Assembly: GCA_965153455.1 (NCBI GenBank)
Contig: OZ234493.1
Location: 13,630,213-13,694,212, forward strand
Direction: 5' to 3'
Length of the DNA: 64,000 bases
Source: Sphagnum compactum
Lineage: Eukaryota
A program made the translations under genes and the position numbers. This document shows positions 42,301 through 54,300 of the stretch, in pieces. Position 1 is the stretch's first letter. Every line of letters starts with the position of its first letter. The notes under the pieces were generated by a model. The model saw only the letters and a program-made list of their open reading frames with translations. It was not told where the DNA came from and ran no database searches.

Positions 42301-43998
42301 GTATATTCACTTGTTAATGATATAATGTGCGGTTTGTCCTTTTCAGATAGCAGAGAAGGTGAAGCCTCCACCGCTAGTGGTGGCCATATTAATTAAGCTG
42401 GCCAACGTAGTTCCCACGTGGAAAATTGTTCCAACCAAAGATATCATCAACAACGCCTTCAAAGATCCACTGAAAAGGCAGGAGGTAAAAAGTTTCTTCT
42501 CTCTGACATTTTGTCCCCATCGATGTGCTTTTTGGCCTAGGCGATCTTTTCATGTTTTTGAATGGTGTGCATTCTGGTGTAGATCAAGTAATATAACACT
42601 GAGTGAGTATTGTGCTGAGACTTACCATTTGGACATGAAAATATCTTCCATAAAATGTAGGGGGTAGCAGAATTCACTGTTGGGTCCTTAAATGGTCCAT
42701 TTCAGGTCTCTTTCCATTAGGCCGCTCTGACCATAGTTACACAAAGTGAAATCACAGCACCCTAATGGAAAGCCATTGAAACGAAGCCCTGTTTCTTTGT
42801 TGCCTGGATAGGCACTTACTATCAGAGCTGCAACTTGGCTGCACAACTCTGCATGCTTGACCTGTAGAGCTGTGAGCACAGTTAGATGGAACAAATGTGA
42901 CTGAAAGCTGTTACTGGGATAGAATCTGTGATCAGGTCAACCTAATGAAAAGACACTCTCATTCTTCTTTTGTGTCTATCATTCGGAACAAATTCTACTA
43001 ATGGGGACCACCTTCCTCATTAAGTGAGCCTCAAATCTTGACCACAAGCATACATTTTGGTCTGATCATTAAGCCAATAATTTCTAGACTCTGTTTTCTT
43101 GGGATGAATACAAATTGGCTTGGTAGAATTTTGCAAAGTACATACTAGAGGCATTTTTGGATCTCTGTTGTGAACCATACAGAAATTCAGTCCAAATGCA
43201 ACTGTCCCCATGAGAAGATGTTTTGAAACTCAACCATATAGAGTACCTTATTTTATACCAGATCATTGTTCTAAGCAACAGTTCTAAGTGTGGGAACTGG
43301 TTATAGATTCGCACAAACCCATACATGTATCAAGGCAAGCCAAGAGTGAAGACTGCTTTGGAAATGCTCAATGCAAGCATAGCGCTTGAGAAAAGGCTTG
43401 ACCAGGTTTGCAAACTGCACTCAATCTTCTCAATCTATAGCAATATGAAACTTTTTGATATATTTTGTTGTAGTCAAATGGGAAATGCAGAAAAACACTT
43501 CTAAGCTTGTACAAGCAAACCTGGCAACTAAATGATTGTGGTCCCTCTGGATCCATAGCTCAAGGGCTGAGGCAAAACTGGGCTCAAGGCCATGACTTCA
43601 CACCTTGCTGGTTGGTGATGCTACTACAGGTCACCTTTCCTTTTCTGCTGCTACATGGGGAAGCTGACAGGATTACTGACCCTGACATCAGTAAAGAGCT
43701 CTACAAATCTGCCAAGAGCTTTGACAAGGAATTCAAGCTGTATCCAGGGATGTGGCATGGGTTGACATCAGGAGAGCCAGATGAGAATATTGATCTTGTG
43801 TTCACTGACATCATCCACTGGCTCAATAAGCGCAGCCCCGCAGGAAGTGTGCGAGGCAGCCCCTTGCGCCATGCAGATGTCTCTGCTGTTGTAGCTGACT
43901 CTTCTTCGACTGCATCCAAGCATGAACCAGATCTAGCATTGGAGTTCAAGCTTACTGATTCAGATCAACTAAAGAAAATTGCAACTTCCACAAGCTGA
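36361..43998 (+). CDS. Alpha/beta-hydrolase of the monoacylglycerol lipase / caffeoylshikimate esterase-like (Hydrolase_4) family, 9 exons, about 351 aa
   Basis: Exons 36361-36363 (ATG only), 36450-36494, 36771-36861, 37089-37121, 37571-37717, 39549-39679, 42347-42484, 43307-43405, 43630-43998 (1056 nt in total). Motifs: RGLKLFTCRWLP, FLCHGYG, GHGKSDGL, nucleophile GESMGG, LHGEAD and YPGMWHGL, giving a Ser-Asp-His triad. Confidence 0.93.
40012..40367. mobile_element. MITE, Mutator-like (copy 2), in lipase intron 6
   Basis: Same TIRs and internal sequence as 6399-6782. Flanked by the direct repeat CCTATGATCC at 40002-40011 and 40368-40377. Confidence 0.87.
40518..41087. mobile_element. hAT-type MITE in lipase intron 6
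   Basis: TIRs CAGTGTTG / CAACACTG. Perfect 8-bp TSD CTTGTTAC at 40510-40517 and 41088-41095. Internal GAACC/GGTTC motifs are repeated. Confidence 0.9.
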
Positions 43999-44316
43999 CC
44001 CAGTAGCAGAATTTCCTAGTCCTTTGTACAACTAGCTTTGCTTTGATCTGGATTTTACTCATCCCACATTTTTCCTTCTATTCCTGTTGGACCCATTCAC
44101 TTCAGAAATGAAGCCTCAAACAAATTGAAAAACACGGGATGAAGAAAGCAGCTGTGTTTTGTTAACCTCTCAGTAGCAAAGGAAGAAAAAAGTTGCAATT
44201 GCAATTGCAAACTACTCCAGAGGAAAGAAAGGAAATTGGAACTCAAATGGTCACGTCCTCTAAGAAGACATTGCAAAAACCAGTATGAATTCTCTTTGCC
44301 TGGATGTTCCTTACTC

Positions 44317-46944
44317 TCAAAAGTCATCATCATCATCAACAAAGTCATAGAAATCATCATCATCAGGATCAGCAATTGATCGTTGCGGAGGTTTTTGACA
44401 GAGAAGAAGGTATTGTAATGCCAACTGTTTGGGCAATATCAATTGTGCACTGGCTCCTCCTGCTTCGAAATAGTTGCACAGTATTGCCTGCCAACCAATA
44501 CCAAAAGTGTGACTCTCAGTTTCTCCTCTTACGCAAACAACTACTGTCATAGACCACAAGCTCACACCAGATGCCCAACAACAACAACCCTCCTCTACAT
44601 TCCAGAAAAGTCCTACATGGGTCCAGAGTCAGTTTGTAGAGAGTTCTCGGTCACAAACCATGGCTGCATATGCATCAAGTTGCTCTTTGCGTGAACACCT
44701 ATTACTGCCCCTGTAATTCACACATTCGTCACAGCAGAATCCTTAGTTCAAAACTATTCTTGCAATGGACTTGACTGTCTGGGGCTTATACGAACTCTAA
44801 GCCCATCATCTATGTATCTTCAAGGTCAAGACTATTGCATGGTTCTTATGCTCATCTCTAATTTACTGTTGCCCTCTTGTACACCTCAGAACCCCAACAC
44901 TATATGTGACAAAACTTCAGTACTGATGATTTCAGCGCACTAGATTTTATTTACTTGCATTTCAGCTTTTGTTGATGATGCTGATCATTAGATGCATGGA
45001 GGAGCAGAACAACTACTCATAAAAAGCTTAGAAATTCTGTGAACTTCAGGCTATTATGCCTTTTTAGTAGCTTCAAAGATAATTGTTTTGGTATGAATAT
45101 GCAAAGGATGCCATCATAGTATAGTGTAGAATAGAATATGATGGTGGTCTGCTGATCAGGTGTAATTGTACGTACGTTTCAATCATGTAGTTGAGTGCAT
45201 CCTGTGATGATCCGTATTCATCTTGCAAATATACTCTCCATCCACTGTGTGCAGCGAAAAATTCTTTACACATCAAAATGGTGTACATTGACAAACTTAT
45301 TCTTGTGACAGTAAGGGGGACTGAATCATCATGCATAGACCAAAGTATATAAGTTGATCATCTTACCACGGGGCTGCAAGGTTGGCGAGCCTGCCAGCAA
45401 AGCTGCGGACCTTATGTGCTTGCTCAGAATCCTTTCCATCCCAGTACTTTGGTAAGCCCACAACAAACTCATCTGCTTTCTGCTTCACCCAAAAAATAAA
45501 CCAGCACTACTGTCAATAGCAGAAGTGTGGATTTTTGTGTATTCAATATTTGCAAGTGACAATGCCACAAAGACTAATTTCACTAAGGTGGTGGTAACTG
45601 CTAAATACCAGTGTTACAGAATTCTAATGTGAAGGCACTTTTTTTGGATGCAGAATCATCCCTGCTCTACCTGGGTTTTGTAATTACCTCTTGAAGGGCA
45701 ATGCTCAAGAGATGTTGAAGAAGCTTTTCCCCACGTTGACGTACCACCTACAGAGAGAGGCCCAGCTCAAAGATTTGATTGAATGAAATTATGCAATGCA
45801 AAACCATTGCCTGACAGAACCAGAAATGTTTGAGAGAATGACTGACCACCAAAATCAAACCACAGTATGAAATTCATAGATTCCATATGGAGAGATGAGA
45901 CCAATGTACAAACCCCATGTGAATCCACCTCCTTACAGATTTAGGCCTCGGACTGCTATCCAGAAATCTTACCACACATTTCGGATCACAAGCAATTTCC
46001 ATATTTTTCAATATGGAAAGAGGACATGGGTCCACACAAAATGCATGTGAATGCACCTTCTTACAATTCAGGGTTTGTGGAGTTCTGTCCAGAAAATCTT
46101 CTAAGCACATTCAGGGATCCCCACCACAGAAGTTACAGGAAATGATAGATAGAATAAAGGGGTTGTTGCACTTTTGCAGTTTCACACAAAGTGGATTTTG
46201 CAGAGAAACTTACAGAGAGTGGACGAGGAGCAAATCCTCCTCGACTGACAGACAAGCCTGTTCTCACATCCCCCAAATCAACACCCACACTGCTGTAATG
46301 CATTGTACTTCTTGTACTCCCCATCTGCTTTGCCTTCTCTGCATTTGATCGGATCCCACTCATTCTTGCTTTTACTTCCTCCCTCATTCGAGCTTCTTCT
46401 TCCACCGTCAATTCTTGCTCATTTTTCAAGCTCCTCTCTGGTTTCGAATCTCCTGAGTTTGATTCCCTAGATCATCCAAAACACTTCTTTCTCCACATTC
46501 AAAAAGCCATCTTTACATGAAGAAAGAAAGAAAGATTCCATAACAATCATGGTCTTCTACTGGGGATCAAGAAAAGTGGCGGCTTGGAATTTTCTCTGGA
46601 ATTGTAGAGAAAATTCCACTCCAGAAACTTGTGAACAAAACCAAACAGACACAAGAATTGAGGTGTCAGAGAGAGACATACCTTTCTCCAGAGATTGCTG
46701 GTAACTCTCCATCGAGCTTCTGAGGATGGGTTACTACTGGCTCACTTGCCACGAAGCTCAATCTCCTCTTCTGTTGTCGTCCCTGTACGATTCTGTAAGC
46801 GCATAACGACTTCTGCTTTGTTGTCTGTGAAAATGAAAGGGTTCTGGCTATGCATTGTCCATATTGAGGATTCCATTGCTGGATTATGAGGCCAAAGCTT
46901 GTTGCTGTCTGCCCCACTGTGCTTTGCACTGACACCCGCATCAT
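44317..46944 (-). CDS. YqgF/RuvX-family RNase H-like nuclease (putative pre-16S rRNA nuclease) with a transit-peptide-like N-terminus, 7 exons, about 326 aa
   Basis: Exons 46944-46682, 46466-46214, 45747-45688, 45479-45367, 45244-45176, 44710-44659, 44487-44317 (981 nt in total). Motifs: VGVDLGDVRTGL, DEFVVGLP, VYLQDEYGSS and LDAYAAMAIL. The N-terminus is S/T/R-rich and acid-poor, and the tail is acidic. Confidence 0.88.
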
Positions 46945-48249
46945 ACGCCTCGCTGCCCACCCGTTCAATCCTCTTCACACTCTTACTGGCCACTGCGAGC
47001 ATGACAGAGTTAAGAACCTTGGAAGCTTTCGCAAAAAGCTTACAAAACCCTCCTTAAACCCTAATCAGCACTGACCTCACGGAGGCTTTTTGCGAAGGAA
47101 ATCTTATGTCTTCATTATCAGTGCAACAAAGTGCAATTGCCATCTGCAACTTGCCAACTCTTTTCCGCACACCGGATAGCACATTACAGCGCACTTCTTT
47201 CTGGGATCATTCGCAAATGGTGGGATCACACATCAGCGAAGGAGGAGGTAACTGAATATCAATCCTGTCAGAATCCACATATCAGCCCATATCTCTTCTT
47301 GTTGATGTCAATTTTGTTGCTCTGTGTGTGTGTGTGTGTCTCTCTCTCTCTTGGTTGCTACCTATCCTGCTGCCATGGTCTAAACTTTGGCAGAATTTCC
47401 TTTCAGACCCTTTTTGCCCTGGTGGGATGATAGCAATAGGAGGCTGAAGTGGGTAAGGGTTATGGGTTTAGGGTTTAAGGTCACCTAAAACTCCAGCATA
47501 CTACTACTGGGTGAGCATTGATGACATTTATTACTGTGTGTTGCATCTTCTTTCGATTGATGAACCAGTTGCAGAAGACCAGCATGCTGAAGACCACAAG
47601 AGTGAAATCAGGCTTATCTAGAAGAATAACTCTGTGCCAATTCCTCCTTTTCAGATCTATTCCACCTTTTTGAAGGACCTTTTTGAAGGTGGGCATTTCC
47701 AACTAATGTAAGTTGTGTGCAACTTCTGACAGGATTTATGTTCAGACAATTCTGGTGTGAATTCACAGACTTATGAGCTGAGTTTTGGCACCAATTCTGT
47801 TGTTTGAGTCTTGTGCATGGAATTGCTAGTGATCTGACCTTTGCTGTTGTCTAAGAAGCCTGTTAACTGATGAAGGCTCTTTGACAATTTGTGCAGGTAA
47901 GTCTAGTGGCTGACTGGTTTTCTTTTGCAGTTAAATGGACTTTTGCTCAACATGATGCTTTGTTCTTTGAATTTTTACAAAGAGGTTATGCTTCTGTAGT
48001 GGGTAGGCTTGATGGATTTCTGTAGAGCAGGAGATTTTCTCTTGCCGAAATTTTGAATCTGTTGACTAGAATTTATGATGTATTTATAACATGGGTTGGG
48101 TTGATTTGAATAGCTTTCACCTCTGAAGAAAATGAATCACCCTTTTTTTCTTATTGCTCTGTGTCATGTAGGAGAAGTTTTGAATCTGGCACATATTCTG
48201 CATCCTTCATCTGCCCAGACAATGTCTCCAGGTCTCTACAAATTTCAGT

Positions 48250-48660
48250 GATCAAGCACAGTCTACATCATGTATGACAAAAACACATACACCCCATTGT
48301 TCACTTCAATCCCAGGTGCAGCTTGACTATTTCTTAACACCCCTTTGCTTTCTCTGCTGTTTAACAAGCGCACTTGAGATCCCAGGTGCAGCTTGACTAT
48401 TTCTTAACACCCCTTTGCTTTCTCTGCTGTTTAACAAGCGCACTTGAGATCCCATTTGCCAACAGCAGCATAGATGTTTGATAGCAATGCATGGACCCCA
48501 GCATTACAGGGTTCCATATCACAAACTTGTTTGGAGTGTATTATACAGGTAATGGCACCATGGTTTGTGCAAGCACAAATCAGGGCCATATACACATCTG
48601 CACTGCCTACCTTGTGCCACTGACTGCTGCCCATGCAGCCAAGAGGGCAACAATGCACTC
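48250..48660 (-). pseudogene. Second PPR E/E+ domain fragment
   Basis: Reads VCDMEPCNAGVHALLSNIYAAVGKWDL...IEVNNGV, with stops and an internal 70-bp duplication. Confidence 0.75.
48311..48450. repeat. Perfect 70-bp tandem duplication
   Basis: 48311-48380 is identical to 48381-48450, with ATCCCA microhomology at the junctions. Confidence 0.95.
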
Positions 48661-49359
48661 ATTGTCATTCTACCTTTCAAGTGATGCTGTGAAGAATTGT
48701 CAGCAATTTTGTAGATATAATGGATTGTGTTAATGCATCTACCGTTACATGTGGATCTCTGGTTTGCCTTTTGTTCTCAGCTCCAGGAACTTTGTGACAG
48801 GGGTATGAGGAGTATGATGAGGCACTTAGGTGGAACAGCAGGCCTTATTCTGAGTGCATGTTGAGCCTTTGCAATGAAATTTTTATTCCTAAAACTGTTT
48901 ATCATCATTTTCAGTCTGGGCAATTACCCCTTCCTAAGAGCATCAGTACCCATTGTGGATGTGATCAGTGAGCATTTCAAGCAGAAGCAAGACGAGGTTG
49001 AGCAACAGTAAGAGCAGTGATGAGTTGCCACATCATTTGTGTATTCCAACCACCATATGAGCAGCCTAGTGAAAGAAATAAAATGGAGCTATTCCTTTGC
49101 TCCTGAACCTGGGGAAATCCTGTGGGTGGATGATTTTCTCTTTCTATCATCACACTCAGTGATTTTTTTCCTAGTATATACATGCACCCGCGGTTCATGT
49201 TCTCCATGGTCACATGGACTGATATCATGAGGTCTATATCAGTTGGTATTTTTGGCACCATACATTGTTGCACACAACAATCTCTCATTTCTGAGGTTGC
49301 AAAACAAATTGATCCCTCAGGCTATAACAAGTTGATTTAAAGTGCTCTCCTTAGTTCCA

Positions 49360-50400
49360 AAATCTGCAATAGCCAGTTTCTCACTATGGTGACACAAATG
49401 GAACACCCTTTTTTCTTCTCCCACGTCATACAGATCAACTTTCATATAAGGCATGTACCCTGCATCATGTAATAGGCCTGATAATCACTAGTTCTGCGTG
49501 AATTTCAATCATCTGGGGATGGTCTTGATCGTCTACAAATGCATACACCTCATTATTCACTTCAATCCAGGCACTGTTTTTTCACCTCTTTCCTTGCTCT
49601 GCTCTTCAACATCTCACAGAGTTGCCTATTGCCACCAGCAGCATAGATGCTTGATAGGAGCACATAACCTGCAGCATTTTCAGGCTCTGATTCAAGAACC
49701 CATTTAGCAACACATTTTCCCATCTCCATATTACCATTATTCTGAAATCACTGAGCAAAGCTGTCCATACAGCCACATCTGGTTTACAGGGCATTGCCTT
49801 GAATATATTCTTTGCCTCCTGTAGATGGCTGGCATATGGCCAAGAAGGTTGACCAGGCAGGTGTAATATTCCAATTCTGCAGAAATCATATAGTCTGATC
49901 ATTGAAGCACATGCCTTCATCCACCAAACCTGCATGGCTACAAGTGACAGAAGACAAACAAAAGTGACATCATTTTGCTGTATACCTTCTTAACACATCT
50001 ATTCAAAATGTTTAAGAACCTCCTTACCATGCCCCTGCATGGCACATCCTCCAAGTATGGCATTGCCAGTGACCACATTTCCAGATGGAAGCTTGTTGAA
50101 CACTCCCCAAGCATCCTCAATGCTCCCACATTTTGCATATATGTCCTCCAAGCTATTCCCCACAAAGACATCAGACTTGCAACCACTTTGAATGAGCTGT
50201 TGATGAACAAGTCTGCCATCTTTGTGTGCTCCTTAACCAGCACATGCCTGAACAAAAGTGAATTTGTCAGGACTAATTCCTTCTCGTCACATCTGTTGGA
50301 AAAGCTGCATCACCTTCTCAGATTGTCCATCCTTCACATATTCTGATTCCATGCAAAAATGTTCAATTGCACTGTGCCTGGTGCCAGCACAGCAATCTCT
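49360..50400 (-). pseudogene. PLS-class PPR pseudogene with E/E+ and a truncated DYW domain
   Basis: Frameshifted pieces read QLFQQM*REGISPDKFTFVQ (stop at 50289-50287), DIYAKCGSIEDA, AMPCKPDVAVWTALL, WIEVNNEV, DQDHPQ and HLCHHSEKLAIA (49400-49365). Similarity ends there. Confidence 0.88.
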
Positions 50401-51325
50401 GCTGCGACCCATGGTAGGTTTCGTTGGTCCTGAAGCCAGAGTGATTCCTGTGTCTTCTTATGTTTGAAATCTTTCATTTGTCTACAACCAGAAATCCAGA
50501 TCAAGCTGATGATCAGCCATTTATTCTCCACGTCCCAGGCATAAATGGGGTATCCACTGACCTTCTTCTCCATCAGCATATTGCATTCACTTACTTTCTC
50601 CAGCCTACTACTACTATTATCCCACCAGTGCAAAGGAGCCGCAAAGAATTTCTACCAAGTTTACACCAGGGCAAGATAGCGACCAAGAGAGAGCAACAAG
50701 ATTGACACCAACAAGAGCCATGGCTCCAATTGACATGTGAACTCAGACAGGATTGATGTTCAATAACCTTCTCAGATCATCTGTGATCCCACCAGTGCGA
50801 AGGATCCAAAAAGAGCTCTCGCACACAGACACGTAGCAGCAAGCTCCTCCTCCTGCTGGTGCTCGACCTCCCTCTTCTCCATGTGGTGGTGGAGCTGCAT
50901 GCTGCTGCTTTTGTAGTCTAGAAAAGAGTTAGATCTTGCACACGGCAATTGCTTCACCGATGATGAAGAAGACATTGCTGCTTGGAAAAACCCTTGGCAA
51001 TTGCTCTCTCTCTCGCTCCCCTCACAATCCAAGATCATCCCAAGTAGACCCAAATGCAATTCCCTCTGGAGCATCCCAAATCGACCCAATTCCGATCTTT
51101 CTCCCACCACCACCACTATCTGTGCATTTCTTGGTGGGCCAACTGCACTCGATCCGTCTGGTGGCAATGTCCATAAAACCCTCCAAAACCTTGAAACCCT
51201 AACCCTAAAACACCAGTGACCATAAATACCTGGATCAGCACCAGCAATAAATATGTTCCCACTGCTTGGCAGGCAGATTGTGTTGTGCGCATACCCAATT
51301 TTGCAGGTCACAAGAGCTCTGTATC

Positions 51326-54300
51326 ATGGCAAAATCAAGCAAGCATTATGATGACGATGATGAAGCTGAAGAGGTGGACGAGGAGGAGGCTGAGGCTGAA
51401 GAAGTAGAGGAGGAGGAGGAGGAACCTGAGGAAGAAGAAGAGGAACTGGAAGAGGAGGAGGATGAAGAAGAAGAAGAAAGAAGCCGCAAACGCAAATTCA
51501 AGGTGCTTGTGTTTTTTTGCTATAATGTTGTAGGATGCCCAAACAATTGTCTTCGTGAATCTGCTTTCATGTGGAGCAACTATCCAAATCCCATGAGCTG
51601 ATGAAGAGTCAGTGGAGAGTGATTCTTGTCCCTGCCATACTTGATGTAATGTCTCCCTCTTTGTAGGCTACAGTCTAAAGTTGCTAGATCTAATTCATTC
51701 TATCATGTCTGGGTTATACCTGGATCAATGTCATAGTTGTTGGTTGTTGGTTGTTGTTGTTTTTGTGTAGTTCCTCACTGCAAATTTTATTTCTTTTCGA
51801 GTGGTGTTGACAGGTCCCCCAGCTTGATGTTGTTGATTGGGGATTACAAGTTAGGGTTTGACGTGACTTTTGCCTTTCTCTCTGCTTGCTCAATCAATCT
51901 TGCAACTTATATGGTTCTGGACCTGGACTTGAATGGATGGGCCATAAAAACAGGGCTCCCAATTTATTGATGATGTTGCAGAAGAAGATGAAGACGAAGA
52001 TGATGAAGAAGAAGTGGCACCCAGAAAACGCAAACACAGGCGTGGTTCTGAGTTTATAGATGATACTGCTGCTGTTGCAAGTGATGAGGAAGAAGAGGAG
52101 GAGGATGAAGAAGAAGGTACCAAACAAGTCTTATTTGAATAATTTTTCTCTCAGGTTTCAGAAAGAATTTTGTAGCATACTTCTTTGGCAGATAATTCAA
52201 ATGTACCTGTCAGTGAAGTGGAAGGATCAGGATGACCCAACTGCAAGACACAACTAACTGATGTAAAACAATCTGCAAATGACCTGGTACACTTTCCCCG
52301 TGTCATAATCTGGGACTAGGCCGAGGTCAAGTTCTGTTGCTGTCCCATAATGGAAGACAGATATCACTTTATAGTTCTCACAGAAATCTCTGGTTGCAAC
52401 TCACTACTACTTTTATATTCAACTTCGGTGACCCATGGATAGTTTATGCAGAAGGCAAGAAAATATAGACATGTACTGATCTAAATCTGCATTGTTTGAG
52501 TTGTGGATTGACAGATTTCATTGACCATGGCAATGAAATTGTTGAGGAGGGGGACTCACGACGAAGTCATCACCGCCCACTGCTTCCACGAGATGACCAG
52601 GAAGGAGATGTTGAGGACCTTGAGAAGTTCATCCAACAACGATATGGCCGACAGGTTGGATTTGGAGGGTGTTGGGAAGTTAATTCAGAATCTCTATTGC
52701 AAAAGTAGGCCTGAAGCTGGACTGAGGACTTTTTCTTGTTCACCAACAATATTAACCTTATTGTCTAAAGGTGGGATTTGAGAACTTTCCATGATATGTG
52801 GATCTGTGGTTTGCTTTTTTTTCTCATCTTGAGGGACTTGTACTTGTGACAGGAGTATGAGGAGTATGATGAGGCAGAAACCACTGAGGTGGAACAGCAG
52901 GCCTTGCTTCCATCTGTCAAGGATCCAAAGCTTTGGATGGTGAAGTGCTTGGTACTTTGCTATCCCTCTTATATTGAACCCAAGCTAGAATAGCTTTCTG
53001 TAGGTTACTCTTTTGTAGGATCAATCTGGAGAGATGTACTTTCAATTGCTTGATGCCTGTGTATGATTGTTGGATGCTGAAATGGAAGGTGTGTTTCAGT
53101 TTGGGTTTGATAAACAGTTGGTGTATGTGAGAGCAAAGTGGACATTACCTGACAGAGAGCTTTTGGAGGTTGCAGCTTGGACATGAGCGTGAAGCAGCAA
53201 TCTGTATGATGCAAAAGTACATTGATTGTGAAGCTCAGAACCAGCCAATGCTAATCAAGTCTGCTGTTGCACTGGATCATCTGAAAGGTTACCTGTATAT
53301 AGAATCAGACAAGGAAGCTTACGTGAAGCAGGTACTTCCAAGCAAGATTGCCTAGGGTTTGTACCTTACTAAAGTGGGGAACCTGTCACCTGAAGAATTG
53401 AAGGCATAGAAAAAGTTCACTCCTTTCAGGATTCCAATGCAATAAAAGGGTTGCTTGTTCTTTACAGGCCTGTAGGGGGATGCGCATGATTTATTCTCAA
53501 AAGGTAACATTGGTTCCCATCAAGGAGATGACAGATGTGTTGTCAGTGGAGAAGAAGTCTGTGGAAATTGACCAAAATACGTGGATCAGGGTGAAGACTG
53601 GAATCTATAAAGGCGACCTTGCAAAGGTGATCTACTGCTTCCTGTCATTTTTGCTGTTGTGGACACTCTGTAGAACCAAAGTTGTGAAGCTTCTGTCCTG
53701 CTGCTTTCTGACAATTTGGAAATTTGTGGTATGAACAACACTGCAGTTTCTTTCCTGTGCTTTCAGGTGGTTGATGTGGATCATGTACGACAGCGTGCTC
53801 AAATCAAGCTAATTCCAAGAATTGACCTCCAAGCATTGGCTGCAAAGCTTGTATGTGGACCATTTTATTCTTCTCCAAACATGGTGAAGTGGATGTTGTA
53901 TTGTTCAGCTTTCGGCAGTTTTTCAAGCTGGATTTGTGCACATTGTGGTTTCTTCTGCGGTGGAGTAAAAGTAGATGTAGGAGAGAGTTTGGATTCTTAG
54001 TACTGTGCTGATTGATTACTTCACATTGTGTGAAGAAGGTTCTTGATGGACCCCTAAACCTGACCTGTGATCTCCATACTGGTGTCTGATGCTTTAGTTT
54101 GGTATTGAATTGCTGAGACAAGCTTATACTGTTATTGTGTGTTCCATCAATGAAAGAAGCCCTAAACCCTAAACCCTTAAAACCCTAAATTTATCAAAGA
54201 AATAATTAAAGGTGAAGTGGTTTGTTCTGAATATGGTTGTGGACTGTATGCAGCTTCACAATTTCTGTATGACTTCTTAACAACCTTTCCTTTTTCTTAT

